64,000 bases of DNA from Prochlorococcus sp. AG-679-M23 (lineage in GTDB: Bacteria; Cyanobacteriota; Cyanobacteriia; PCC-6307; Cyanobiaceae): NCBI GenBank assembly GCA_003208875.1, contig QCUR01000002.1, forward strand, positions 1 through 64,000, given 5' to 3'. This document shows positions 11,662-22,045 of this stretch, one piece after another; positions within the stretch are counted from its first letter, which is position 1; each line of letters begins with the position of its first letter. The notes under the pieces are model-generated. The model saw only the letters and a list, made by a program, of their open reading frames with translations, ran no database searches and was not told where the DNA came from. The translations under genes were made by a program, and so were the position numbers.

Positions 11662-12004
11662 CTGAATTCATAACTTTATTTACATATTAGAGCCATTTTC
11701 TTTATTATTGCAATTAAATATTATCTTTTAAATCTTCAATCTTTCTAATAGAAAACTTTCTAATTATGAATTTATATAGTAGTAGTAGTGTCTGTGGAAA
11801 ATGTGGAAAATATTCCAAATTATTGTTGTACTTGATGATTAACAAAAATAAATGGTGGAAAAATAATTTTAGATGTTGATATTTAAGAAAAAAAATTATT
11901 ACAATTCATTTTTATCAACATTCTTGTTTTTTGTTTCGACTGTTATTCAACAGTTTTTTAAGTGTTTTAAATTATTTCCACAGTCACTTTTATTTTCGGT
12001 TTAG
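11662..12004. other. Chromosomal replication origin oriC (dnaN-thrC intergenic region)
   Basis: 343-bp AT-rich gap. Tandem TGTGGAAAA (= TTTTCCACA) boxes at 11793-11801 and 11802-11810; degenerate boxes at 11854-11862, 11912-11920, 11944-11952 and 11974-11982; (TAG)4 at 11777-11788. Confidence 0.88.
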
Positions 12005-13108
12005 TTAGTATCCCAAAATTTTTGTTATGTTTTTTAATGAAGGTTCAATATTTTTCCGAAATATAGCATCATTATTTTTAATCGCACAATCCGGATCTTT
12101 TAATCCATTTCCTGTTAATACACAAACTATTGTTGATTCTTTTTTTATTCTGTTTTTATTTTTAATAAGTCCAGCTACTGAAGCTGCACTTGCTGGTTCA
12201 CAGAAAATACCCTCTTTTGCAAGGATTTTATAAGCCACAATAATTTCTTCGTCAGTTACAGATTGAAAATCTCCTTTACTTTCTTTTTTAACAATTTTTG
12301 CTTTATCTCTATTTACAGGATTTCCAATTCGAATAGCTGTTGCAATCGTTTCAGGATCTTGAACTATAATATTTTTTACTAAAGGTGCAGATCCCTCAGA
12401 CTGAAATCCAAACATTAGTGGCAATTTTAAATTTTTCTTAATTTTTGCATATTCTTTAAAACCTAACCAATAAGCGGTTATATTACCCGCATTTCCCATT
12501 GGTATACAAAGCCAATCAGGAGCAACACCTAAGTCATCTACTATTTCAAATGCTGCAGTCTTTTGACCTTGTATTCGGTAAGGATTAACAGAATTTACAA
12601 GATTAATCGGATATGTGGAAGACAATTTCCTCACAATTTCTAAAGCCTTATCAAAATTACCTTGTATGGATATGATTTCTGCTCCATACATTAAGGCTTG
12701 AGCAAGTTTTCCTTGAGCTACATATCCATTTGGAATTAATACATATGATTTTAAACCACCTCTCGAAGCATAAGCAGCTGCAGCTGCAGAAGTATTTCCT
12801 GTACTAGCGCATATTACCGCTTCACGTCCTTCCTCCTTTGCTTTACTTATAGCCATAGTCATTCCTCTGTCTTTGAAAGAACCTGTAGGATTAAGACCAT
12901 CATATTTTAAATAAACTTTAGTATCGTTTCCAATTAAATCACTAATTGATTTGCTGAAAATGAGAGGAGTATTACCCTCATTTAAGGAGATGATGGGAGT
13001 CTTAGAGGATACTGGTAGATACTGTTTATATGCATTTATTAATCCAGGCCATCTTTTTTTCCTGTAATTAAAAGAAAATTTGTATTTAATCTTATCTAAT
13101 ATTGACAT
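12005..13108 (-). CDS. thrC: Threonine synthase
   Basis: [13 protein letters not shown] lysine motif, CASTGNTS and LTGNGLKD. Confidence 0.96.
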   Translation of the reverse strand: MSILDKIKYKFSFNYRKKRWPGLINAYKQYLPVSSKTPIISLNEGNTPLIFSKSISDLIGNDTKVYLKYDGLNPTGSFKDRGMTMAISKAKEEGREAVICASTGNTSAAAAAYASRGGLKSYVLIPNGYVAQGKLAQALMYGAEIISIQGNFDKALEIVRKLSSTYPINLVNSVNPYRIQGQKTAAFEIVDDLGVAPDWLCIPMGNAGNITAYWLGFKEYAKIKKNLKLPLMFGFQSEGSAPLVKNIIVQDPETIATAIRIGNPVNRDKAKIVKKESKGDFQSVTDEEIIVAYKILAKEGIFCEPASAASVAGLIKNKNRIKKESTIVCVLTGNGLKDPDCAIKNNDAIFRKNIEPSLKNITKILGY

Positions 13109-13114
13109 AGTTAT

Positions 13115-13687
13115 TTAATTGTTTTTGATTTTTTCTAAGGGCTTGCTAGTAAAGAAATCTAATAATTCTGATATTGATTGTACTTTATTCATAACTTTAC
13201 TCAAAGCGTTTACGTTTAAAATAACTGTTTTAGTTGGATAACTTTCAAAAAAACTTATAAGATTTATTTTCCCATTACCAGAATATAAACCTTGTATAAC
13301 ACTAGATCTTAGGGCTAACATACCTGTTCTTTCATCATTTGTGTTAGGGGTGTGAAGTATAGATGAAAGCCTATTTAAAAAGACATTACCTATTTCGGAA
13401 TATACTAGTTTACTTGCAATAGTTATAGGTATTTCAAATTTGTTATTCAATATTGATTGAATCTTTTCATCTGAAGAACCAGTTGCATTTAAAATTTTTC
13501 TTAATGATTGTGATGAATTACCTGTTTCAGCAAAAGTTTTTAAAGAATCGACAGTTACTGTTCTCGAAAAAATACTGTATATAATTTTGATTTTTTCTGC
13601 AGATTGAGCCTTAGGAGCATTGAAAAAAATTTGATTAATAAATAGTATTAAAAAAATTCTAGGAATTAAACTTTTCGAAAATTTCAT
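13115..13687 (-). CDS. DUF1400-like (alpha/beta hydrolase-associated) protein with signal peptide
   Basis: Signal peptide followed by AEKIKIIY...VDSLKTFAETG, a typical cyanobacterial DUF1400 pattern. Confidence 0.7.
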   Translation of the reverse strand: MKFSKSLIPRIFLILFINQIFFNAPKAQSAEKIKIIYSIFSRTVTVDSLKTFAETGNSSQSLRKILNATGSSDEKIQSILNNKFEIPITIASKLVYSEIGNVFLNRLSSILHTPNTNDERTGMLALRSSVIQGLYSGNGKINLISFFESYPTKTVILNVNALSKVMNKVQSISELLDFFTSKPLEKIKNN

Positions 13688-15544
13688 TTATATTGTTGAA
13701 CCAGCAGCAATTTTTACAAGTCTGACTACACTTTTTTCTGTCACTTTTTTCGCTATTTTAAAACTCATTTCTTTTGTATATGGCTCATTTATAAGTCTTG
13801 GAATTCTTTTTAAAAAGATATCAATAGAATAACCTGGTATCTTCTGTATGATTTCTAAAAAGTTCTTGAACGGTTCAATAGACAATATTAAATTATTAAT
13901 ATTGTTGTTTTCTTTAGCAACATTTAATTTTATGGATTTCGGAAGGTAATTATTTACGCTTTTTAATAACTTCAAACCTATCAAATCTATTTGGCTAGTT
14001 AAACCATTAATAATCTCATCTCTTAGAAATCCTCCTTTTGGAGAAAATAGGAGATTTATAACTTCATCAAGAAGCTTTTCTAAATCGAGATTCGTTTGTT
14101 TTGCAGCATTAGAAAGTAAATCTTCTAATCTGTCCCATTTAAATTGTTTGTTATCAAAAAGCATTTCTTTTAAACTTTCTCTTAATTGAGGATCTGGGTC
14201 TTCCATTAATCTTTTTGCAAAATAAGGATAAGCCGCACCAAGTATTTTAAAATCAGGATCTACACTTAAAGCAATTCCTTCTAAAGTTAGTAGAGATCTA
14301 ATTATAAGAGCATAATATGGAGGTAACTGAAAGGGAAATTTGTACATAACCCCTGACATGTCGTCAGTTACACTTTTGAAATCCATTTTTGATACACCAA
14401 GTTCTACTGCATTTACAAATACATCTTGAAAAGCTGGAACAATAGGTTCAAGATTAACTTCTTTTGAAAGAAAACCTAACTTAACAAAATCTTGGGATAA
14501 TTTATCAAAATTTTTATTTACAAGATGAACTACTGCTTGAATTAAACCAGATCTGGAGCTTCTAGTAACTTCACTCATCATCCCGAAATCTAAATAACAT
14601 AATCTTCCATCTTCCAAAGCTAATAAATTTCCAGGATGTGGGTCAGCATGAAAAAACCCATGCTCTAGTAATTGCTCTAAACTACATTGCACTCCAATTT
14701 CAATCATTTCATCAGGATCAATTCCTAAATTTTTAACGCCCTCAATATTAGTTAGCTTTGTACCATCTATCCATTCCATGGTTAAGACTCTTCGTGAAGT
14801 ATTTTCTTTATAAATTTTTGGTACAGCAATTTTTGAGTTATGAAGATGTAGATTTCTAAATTTTTCAGCATTTTCAGCTTCATTTAAATAATCCATTTCT
14901 TCAAAAACTCTCTTCCCTAACTCATCAATTAAAGCAACAAGATCACTCCTTATAAGTCCAATATTGTTTTTTAACCAATTAGCAATATTTCTAACTATGT
15001 ATAAATCAAGTGTGATTTGTTCTCTTAAACCAGGCCTCTGAACTTTTACAGCAACAATTTCTTTATTTTTGAGAACAGCTTTATGAACTTGTCCTAAAGA
15101 TGCTGCTGAAATAGGGTTTTTATCTATAGTTAAAAAAATCTCATCAATTTTTTTATTTAGATCTTCTTCTATTAATTCCATTGCCTTATTCCCATCAAAC
15201 CCTGGTAATTGATCTTGAAGTTCAGAAAGCTCTTCAAGGAGAATTACAGGAATAATATCTGGTCTGGTTGATAAAGCTTGCCCTGCTTTAACGAATGCAG
15301 GGCCTAATTCAACGAGTAAATTAGTTAGTTGTTTTGCTCTAAATCTTGCTTTTGATTCTTTTTTTAATTGTCCTGTTAATTTATCCCATCCAACTGAAAT
15401 AATATATACAAATATTGGGATTAATGTCTGCCAAAGTCTTTTGAACAGTCGACTAGGATTTTTTTGATAAATTTTTGAAATTACTTCAGGATCATATTTT
15501 AGTAATCCTGATGCTTCTATAAAATCAGTATAGTATTCATTCAT
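13688..15544 (-). CDS. ABC1/AarF/UbiB family atypical kinase
   Basis: LGPAFVKAGQALSTRPD, AASLGQVH, VAVKVQRP, FFHADPHPGN and LDFGM motifs. Confidence 0.94.
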   Translation of the reverse strand: MNEYYTDFIEASGLLKYDPEVISKIYQKNPSRLFKRLWQTLIPIFVYIISVGWDKLTGQLKKESKARFRAKQLTNLLVELGPAFVKAGQALSTRPDIIPVILLEELSELQDQLPGFDGNKAMELIEEDLNKKIDEIFLTIDKNPISAASLGQVHKAVLKNKEIVAVKVQRPGLREQITLDLYIVRNIANWLKNNIGLIRSDLVALIDELGKRVFEEMDYLNEAENAEKFRNLHLHNSKIAVPKIYKENTSRRVLTMEWIDGTKLTNIEGVKNLGIDPDEMIEIGVQCSLEQLLEHGFFHADPHPGNLLALEDGRLCYLDFGMMSEVTRSSRSGLIQAVVHLVNKNFDKLSQDFVKLGFLSKEVNLEPIVPAFQDVFVNAVELGVSKMDFKSVTDDMSGVMYKFPFQLPPYYALIIRSLLTLEGIALSVDPDFKILGAAYPYFAKRLMEDPDPQLRESLKEMLFDNKQFKWDRLEDLLSNAAKQTNLDLEKLLDEVINLLFSPKGGFLRDEIINGLTSQIDLIGLKLLKSVNNYLPKSIKLNVAKENNNINNLILSIEPFKNFLEIIQKIPGYSIDIFLKRIPRLINEPYTKEMSFKIAKKVTEKSVVRLVKIAAGSTI

Positions 15545-15613
15545 AACTTTATTTATTTAAACCCTTTTATTTTCTTCAAAAAGAAGTTAATTTTTTTGTA
15601 TGAAAGAATTATC

Positions 15614-17293
15614 ATGTTAATACAATTAACTTTAAAAAATATTGCCTTAATAGAGATTATAGAAATTAATTTCGAAAAAGGTTTGAATATTTTTACTGGA
15701 GATTCAGGATCAGGAAAATCCCTGATTTTAGATTCCTTAAATGTTTTATTCGGTGGGTCTAATATACCTTTAAATCACTTAATACGTCCAGGAAAAGAAG
15801 AATGTTTAATTGCGGCGAAATTTTCAAATTCTTCTCAAGTCACTGATTGGCTGTCGAGAAATGGTTTGTATAAAATCTCAGGAGAAATATTCGTAAAAAG
15901 AAAATCTTATATAAAAAATAATAAAATTCTTTCAAAATATACAATAAATAATTTTTCTATCAGTAAAAAGCTTTTGGAAGAGTTAGGATTATTATTAATA
16001 GATTTTGCTGGTCAATCCGATAGCGTTTTATATGATAATCAAGATTATAGAAGATCAATAATTGATGATTTAGGTTCAAAAAAATTAAAGACAATAAATT
16101 CTGAAATCAAGAATATATGGCATGAATTTCAGAATCTTAGAAAAAGAAGAGAAGACATGATGCTCTCATATAAACAGAAAGAAGAAAATAATTTTGCAAT
16201 TAAAGAGATGTATAAAGTATTGGAGGAAGCCAATTTAAATTCAGGTGACGAAATTTTTGAATTACAATCAAAGGAATTGCGACTTTCGAATAATTTTGAT
16301 ATCAATAACTCTATACAATTATCACTTGATAATTTAAATAGCTATAAAAATGAGGCTCCATCAGTAAGTTATTTAATTGCTCAATCAATTAAACAACTAA
16401 ATAAAGTAATTCAATATGATTCAAAGATTAAGGATTTAAATGAAAATTTAATAAATATTCAAAATGATGTAGAAAATTTAATTTTTGCTTTAACAGAATA
16501 TTCGGTAGAACTTGAGAATGAGGATATTAGTTTGGAAGAAATTCAAAAAAGATTATTTTATTTACAAAATTTAGAACGCACTTTTTCTCTAGAACTTCCA
16601 AAATTGATTTTGAAGAAAGAGGAATTAAAAACATTTATAGATACAAATTTATTTGAGGAAGAGATTAAGAAGTTGGATATTCAAATTAATAATACTCAAG
16701 CTAATTTAGATACTCTTTATGAGATTCAGTCTATTCAAAGAAGAGAAACTGCTAATCAGCTTCAAGATTCTGTAATTTCTATCTTGAAAAATTTAGGTTT
16801 AGAAAATGCGGATTTTTCAATAAACTTCTCAAAAGTTTCACCTTTTTCAGAAGGCAACGAAAATATAGACTTCCTTTTTTCTGCAAATCCTGATCAACAG
16901 TTAGCTCCATTATCTAAAGTTATTTCTGGTGGAGAAATGTCAAGATTTTTATTAGCAATAAAATCTAGCATTTCTCAAAAACCTAACACTTTTTTCTTAG
17001 ATGAAATTGATAATGGTTTAAGTGGAAAATCATTACATTCTCTAGTAGATTTAATAAAATTTACTGCACAGGAAAAGCAGGTTTTGTGTATTACTCATCA
17101 GCCTTTTTTAGCAGCAGCCGGTAACACTCATTTTAAAGTAAAGAAAAATGTTATTAATGGAATAACTTTTACTTCTATTTCGAAATTAATTACTAAAAAA
17201 GAAAGAGAAAATGAGTTAATTGAACTTATAGGTGGTGGTTTTAGTGAAGCAAATAATTATGCATCGACACTTATAGACAGAGCAGCCGCGTAA
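15614..17293 (+). CDS. recN: DNA repair protein RecN
   Basis: Walker A TGDSGSGKS, coiled coil, SGGEMSR, LDEID and CITHQP; ATG at 15614 preferred. Confidence 0.94.
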   Translation: MLIQLTLKNIALIEIIEINFEKGLNIFTGDSGSGKSLILDSLNVLFGGSNIPLNHLIRPGKEECLIAAKFSNSSQVTDWLSRNGLYKISGEIFVKRKSYIKNNKILSKYTINNFSISKKLLEELGLLLIDFAGQSDSVLYDNQDYRRSIIDDLGSKKLKTINSEIKNIWHEFQNLRKRREDMMLSYKQKEENNFAIKEMYKVLEEANLNSGDEIFELQSKELRLSNNFDINNSIQLSLDNLNSYKNEAPSVSYLIAQSIKQLNKVIQYDSKIKDLNENLINIQNDVENLIFALTEYSVELENEDISLEEIQKRLFYLQNLERTFSLELPKLILKKEELKTFIDTNLFEEEIKKLDIQINNTQANLDTLYEIQSIQRRETANQLQDSVISILKNLGLENADFSINFSKVSPFSEGNENIDFLFSANPDQQLAPLSKVISGGEMSRFLLAIKSSISQKPNTFFLDEIDNGLSGKSLHSLVDLIKFTAQEKQVLCITHQPFLAAAGNTHFKVKKNVINGITFTSISKLITKKERENELIELIGGGFSEANNYASTLIDRAAA

Positions 17294-17305
17294 ATTAAAA
17301 AATTT

Positions 17306-17321
17306 ACACTATAATAAGTGT
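17306..17321 (+). promoter_or_regulatory. Putative uvrA -10 element (TATAAT 17310-17315) inside an ACACT-N6-AGTGT palindrome
   Basis: Perfect TATAAT about 33 bp upstream of the uvrA ATG, in the 54-bp recN-uvrA gap. Confidence 0.45.
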
Positions 17322-17347
17322 TCTTTAAATCATTTTAAGATTTAAGC

Positions 17348-20248
17348 ATGGTTAAAAAAAATATTGGTATTAATGAAGATAATTCAATTAAGATTCGAGG
17401 CGCTCGACAACATAATCTAAAAAATATAGATCTAACTCTACCAAGAAATAAATTTATTGTTTTTACAGGTGTTAGTGGAAGTGGTAAGAGCTCTTTAGCT
17501 TTTGACACTATTTTTGCTGAAGGTCAGAGAAGATATGTAGAAAGTCTTTCTGCTTATGCAAGACAATTTTTAGGTCAAGTTGATAAACCAGATGTAGATA
17601 ATATTGAGGGTTTATCTCCTGCTATATCAATTGATCAAAAATCAACTAGTCATAATCCTCGATCAACTGTTGGAACTGTAACTGAGATACAAGATTATTT
17701 AAGATTATTATTTGGTCGAGCCGGAGAACCTCATTGTCACCACTGTGGTTTACCTATTGCTCCTCAGACAATTGATGAGATGGTTGATCAAATAGTTTTA
17801 CTGCCCGAAGGAACAAGGTATCAATTACTCGCACCTGTTGTGAGGGGTAAAAAAGGAACTCATGCAAAATTACTTAGTGGATTGGCGGCAGAAGGCTTTG
17901 CTCGAGTAAGAATTAATGGTGAGGTAAGGGAACTTGCAGATAGTATTGAATTAGACAAAAATCATACTCACAATATCGAGGTTGTTGTTGATCGATTGAT
18001 TGCCAGAGAGGGAATCCAGGAAAGATTGAATGATTCTTTACAAACTTGTCTTAAAAGAGGGGATGGACTTTCTATCGTAGAAGTTGTTCCAAAAAAAGGC
18101 GAAACTCTACCTCCAAATTTAGATAAAGAAAAGTTATATTCAGAGAATTATGCATGTCCAATTCATGGATCTATTGTTGAAGAGTTGTCTCCAAGACTAT
18201 TTTCTTTTAACAGTCCCTACGGTGCCTGCCCTGATTGCCATGGTATTGGATATTTAAAAAAATTTACTGCAGATAGAGTAATACCTGAACCTTCTTTACC
18301 TGTTTATGCGGCTATAGCTCCCTGGAGTGAAAAAGATAATACTTATTATTTTTCATTACTTTATTCAGTCGGTCAAGCTTATGGTTTTGAATTAAAAACC
18401 CCATGGAAGGATTTGAGTGATTTACAAAAAAATGTCTTACTTTCGGGATCTGATAAGCCAATTGTAATTCAAGCTGATAGTCGTTTTAAGGGTTCTAGTG
18501 GTTTCGAAAGACCTTTTGAAGGAATCTTGCCTATTTTAGAAAGGCAATTAACTGAAACTAATGGTGAATCAGTCAAGCAAAAGCTTGAAAAATATTTAGA
18601 ATTAGTTCCTTGTAAAACATGTTCTGGTAAAAGATTAAAACCAGAAGCACTTGCTGTAAAGATTGGACCATACAGTATTACTGATTTGACCTCTATAAGT
18701 GTCTCAGAAACTTTATTTCATATCGAGAAGATAATGGGGTTAAGTAAAAATATAAAAGAAAATATTTCTTTATCCGAGAAACAAAAACAAATAGGTGAGC
18801 TAGTTTTAAAAGAAATTCGACTGCGTTTAAAGTTTTTAATTAATGTCGGTTTAGATTATTTAACTTTAGATAGACCAGCAATGACTCTATCAGGAGGAGA
18901 AGCACAACGTATAAGATTAGCAACTCAAATTGGAGCTGGTTTAACTGGTGTTTTATATGTATTGGATGAACCCAGTATTGGTTTACATCAAAGAGATAAT
19001 GATAGATTGCTGGAAACTTTAAAAAGTCTAAGAGATTTGGGAAATACTCTTGTGGTTGTTGAACATGATGAAGATACTATGAAATCAGCTGATTACTTAG
19101 TGGATATTGGACCAGGTGCAGGAGTTTATGGAGGGGAAATTATTGCAAAAGGTTCATTTGAAGATGTTTTAAATTCAAAGAAGTCATTAACTGGAGCATA
19201 TCTCAGTGGAAGAAAATCGATTCCTACTCCCAAAGAACGTAGATCTTCAGTCAAGAAAAGTTTAATTTTAAATAACTGCGTTAAAAATAACTTAAAAGAT
19301 ATATCAGTTGAATTTCCTTTGGGAAGATTAGTTTCCGTAACTGGAGTGAGTGGAAGTGGAAAAAGTACATTAATTAATGAATTATTACATCCTGCGCTTT
19401 GTCATTCTCTTGGATTAAAAGTACCTTTCCCTAAAGGTGTTAAAGAGTTAAAAGGGATAAAGGCTATAGATAAGGTAATTGTTATTGATCAATCTCCTAT
19501 TGGAAGAACTCCTAGATCAAACCCTGCAACTTATACAGGGGCTTTTGATCCAATTAGACAGTTATTTACTGCGACAGTAGAAGCTAAAGCCAGAGGTTAT
19601 CAAGCTGGGCAATTCAGCTTTAATGTAAAAGGAGGTAGATGTGAAGCTTGTCGAGGACAAGGAGTAAATGTAATTGAAATGAATTTTTTACCTGATGTCT
19701 ACGTTCAATGCGATGTATGTAAGGGAGCTCGTTTTAATAGAGAAACTCTTCAAGTTAAATACAAAGGCTTTAATATTTCTGATGTTTTAGAAATGACTGT
19801 GGAGCAGGCTGCAGAAACTTTTTCTGCGATCCCGCAAGCAGCTGATAGATTATCTACATTAGTAGATGTAGGGCTTGGTTACGTGAAGTTGGGCCAGCCA
19901 GCTCCAACACTATCTGGCGGCGAAGCACAAAGAGTAAAATTAGCAACTGAATTATCTAAAAGAGCAACTGGAAAAACTTTATATTTAATTGATGAGCCAA
20001 CAACTGGGTTAAGTTTTTATGATGTTCATAAATTAATGGATGTTATTCAACGTTTAGTGGATAAAGGTAATTCTGTAGTTGTTATCGAGCATAATTTGGA
20101 CGTTATTAGATGTTCAGACTGGATAATTGATCTTGGACCTGATGGAGGTGATAAAGGTGGAGAGATTATAGTTGAAGGTACACCTGAAGATGTTGCGAAG
20201 CATTCAATAAGTTATACAGCTAAATATTTAAAAGAAGCTCTGAATTAA
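17348..20248 (+). CDS. uvrA: Excinuclease ABC subunit A
   Basis: Two GVSGSGKS Walker A motifs, two LSGGEAQR signatures and zinc fingers. Confidence 0.98.
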   Translation: MVKKNIGINEDNSIKIRGARQHNLKNIDLTLPRNKFIVFTGVSGSGKSSLAFDTIFAEGQRRYVESLSAYARQFLGQVDKPDVDNIEGLSPAISIDQKSTSHNPRSTVGTVTEIQDYLRLLFGRAGEPHCHHCGLPIAPQTIDEMVDQIVLLPEGTRYQLLAPVVRGKKGTHAKLLSGLAAEGFARVRINGEVRELADSIELDKNHTHNIEVVVDRLIAREGIQERLNDSLQTCLKRGDGLSIVEVVPKKGETLPPNLDKEKLYSENYACPIHGSIVEELSPRLFSFNSPYGACPDCHGIGYLKKFTADRVIPEPSLPVYAAIAPWSEKDNTYYFSLLYSVGQAYGFELKTPWKDLSDLQKNVLLSGSDKPIVIQADSRFKGSSGFERPFEGILPILERQLTETNGESVKQKLEKYLELVPCKTCSGKRLKPEALAVKIGPYSITDLTSISVSETLFHIEKIMGLSKNIKENISLSEKQKQIGELVLKEIRLRLKFLINVGLDYLTLDRPAMTLSGGEAQRIRLATQIGAGLTGVLYVLDEPSIGLHQRDNDRLLETLKSLRDLGNTLVVVEHDEDTMKSADYLVDIGPGAGVYGGEIIAKGSFEDVLNSKKSLTGAYLSGRKSIPTPKERRSSVKKSLILNNCVKNNLKDISVEFPLGRLVSVTGVSGSGKSTLINELLHPALCHSLGLKVPFPKGVKELKGIKAIDKVIVIDQSPIGRTPRSNPATYTGAFDPIRQLFTATVEAKARGYQAGQFSFNVKGGRCEACRGQGVNVIEMNFLPDVYVQCDVCKGARFNRETLQVKYKGFNISDVLEMTVEQAAETFSAIPQAADRLSTLVDVGLGYVKLGQPAPTLSGGEAQRVKLATELSKRATGKTLYLIDEPTTGLSFYDVHKLMDVIQRLVDKGNSVVVIEHNLDVIRCSDWIIDLGPDGGDKGGEIIVEGTPEDVAKHSISYTAKYLKEALN

Positions 20249-20449
20249 GCTTTCAAACAGTTATATTTCTTCGTATTGTTAATATATAATTTGTAAAATT
20301 ATCTTTTTATTTAGTTGTAAAAAATGAATCATAGCTTGACTTTTGGTAGTTATAACTTTTTTAAAATAATAAATCATAATGCTTTCTTAATATTTCTACG
20401 TTTAAATACAGCTTATTAGTAATAGGGTAATTTGAAATCCTAAATAAGT

Positions 20450-21856
20450 TTGAAATTTTTATATTTACATTTGCATGGTTTAATACGTTCTAATAGTCTT
20501 GAATTAGGTAGAGATTCAGATACTGGTGGTCAAACGCAATATGTTTTGGAATTGGTAAAAAGTTTGGCTAATACTTCAGAGGTTGATCAAGTTGATTTAG
20601 TTACTCGTCTCATTAAAGATAGTAAAATTGATAGTTCTTATTCAAAAGAGCAAGAATTTATTGTCCCGGGAGCACGAATTTTAAGATTTCAATTTGGACC
20701 TAATAAGTATTTAAGAAAAGAATTATTTTGGCCTTATTTAGACGAATTAACTCAAAATCTTATTCAGTATTATCAAAAATACGAAAATAAGCCAACCTTT
20801 ATTCATGCTCATTATGCAGATGCTGGCTATGTAGGAGTTAGATTAAGTCAAGCTTTAAAAGTACCTTTTATTTTCACCGGGCATTCTTTAGGAAGAGAGA
20901 AAAAAAGAAAATTACTTGAGGCTGGTTTAAAAATTAATCAAATTGAAAAGCTTTATTGTATAAGCGAAAGAATTAATGCAGAAGAAGAGTCTTTAAAATA
21001 TGCGGATATCATTGTGACAAGCACTAAACAAGAATCTACATATCAATATTCTCAATATCACTCTTTTTCACCCGAAAAATCAAAAGTTATTGCTCCTGGA
21101 GTTGATCATACTAAATTTCATCATATTCATTCCACAACTGAGACCTCTGAAATAGATAATATGATGCTTCCTTTTTTGAAAGACTTAAGAAAGCCTCCTA
21201 TATTGGCTATTTCTAGAGCAGTAAGAAGAAAAAATATTCCTTCTTTAGTTGAAGCTTTTGGACGATCAGAAAAATTAAAAAGAAAAACTAACTTAATTTT
21301 AGTGTTAGGTTGTAGAGACAATACATCTAAACTTGATTCTCAACAAAGAGATGTTTTTCAAAAGATTTTTGAAATGATAGACAAATATAATTTATATGGA
21401 AAAGTGGCTTATCCCAAAAAACATTCTTCAGCAAATATTCCTTCTTTATATAGATGGGCAGCTAGTAGTGGAGGAATTTTTGTTAATCCTGCCTTAACAG
21501 AACCTTTTGGCTTAACATTACTTGAAGCTTCTTCATGTGGTTTACCAACTATTGCAACGGATGATGGAGGTCCTAAAGAAATTCATGCAAAATGTGAAAA
21601 TGGTTTATTAGTAGATGTAACTGATATTAATCAGTTGAAAATTGCTCTTGAAAAAGGTATTTCAAATAGTTCTCAATGGAAGTTATGGAGTAGAAATGGA
21701 ATCGAAGGAGTCCATAGACATTTTAGTTGGAATACTCATGTCAGAAATTATTTATCAATTTTGCAAGGCCACTATCAAAAATCGACAATAGTTTCATCAT
21801 CAGGAATCAAAGAAAGTTGTTTGAAAGGTAGTTCCTCACTTATAAAACCCCATTGA
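20450..21856 (+). CDS. sps: Sucrose-phosphate synthase, glycosyltransferase domain only
   Basis: LHGLIRS...ELGRDSDTGGQTQYV, HAHYADAG, FTGHSLG and NPALTEPFGLTLLEA; TTG start. Confidence 0.9.
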   Translation: MKFLYLHLHGLIRSNSLELGRDSDTGGQTQYVLELVKSLANTSEVDQVDLVTRLIKDSKIDSSYSKEQEFIVPGARILRFQFGPNKYLRKELFWPYLDELTQNLIQYYQKYENKPTFIHAHYADAGYVGVRLSQALKVPFIFTGHSLGREKKRKLLEAGLKINQIEKLYCISERINAEEESLKYADIIVTSTKQESTYQYSQYHSFSPEKSKVIAPGVDHTKFHHIHSTTETSEIDNMMLPFLKDLRKPPILAISRAVRRKNIPSLVEAFGRSEKLKRKTNLILVLGCRDNTSKLDSQQRDVFQKIFEMIDKYNLYGKVAYPKKHSSANIPSLYRWAASSGGIFVNPALTEPFGLTLLEASSCGLPTIATDDGGPKEIHAKCENGLLVDVTDINQLKIALEKGISNSSQWKLWSRNGIEGVHRHFSWNTHVRNYLSILQGHYQKSTIVSSSGIKESCLKGSSSLIKPH

Positions 21857-22035
21857 TCAAAAATTTGTGGATCAGAATGAATGATTAACTGATTCTTTTG
21901 TGTTTTTTTTAATTTAAAGCCTTTTTCAGATAATTTTTTTATTAGCTTAGCTGTTTCTTCAAATCGAGATGCCATCGCATCAAGACTTACACAGTCACTT
22001 GTTAAGCCATCATCTTTCCAAGTAAAGAAACTCAT
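21775..22035 (-). CDS. Conserved hypothetical protein (86 aa)
   Basis: ATG-started ORF directly downstream of mraY with protein-like composition (FTWKDDGLTSDCVSLDAMASRFEE). Confidence 0.7.
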   Translation of the reverse strand: MSFFTWKDDGLTSDCVSLDAMASRFEETAKLIKKLSEKGFKLKKTQKNQLIIHSDPQIFDQWGFISEELPFKQLSLIPDDETIVDF

Positions 22036-22045
22036 ACTTAATAAT

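Noticed and set aside
11777..11788. (TAG)4 as a microsatellite or CRISPR-like repeat
   Set aside because: Its position next to tandem DnaA boxes fits DnaA-trios; no repeat-spacer array or cas gene was seen.
20249..20449. 201-bp gap between uvrA and sps as a possible sRNA or NtcA-regulated promoter
   Set aside because: No convincing stem-loop or GTA-N8-TAC site, and the TTGACT to -10 spacing is off; not supportable by eye.
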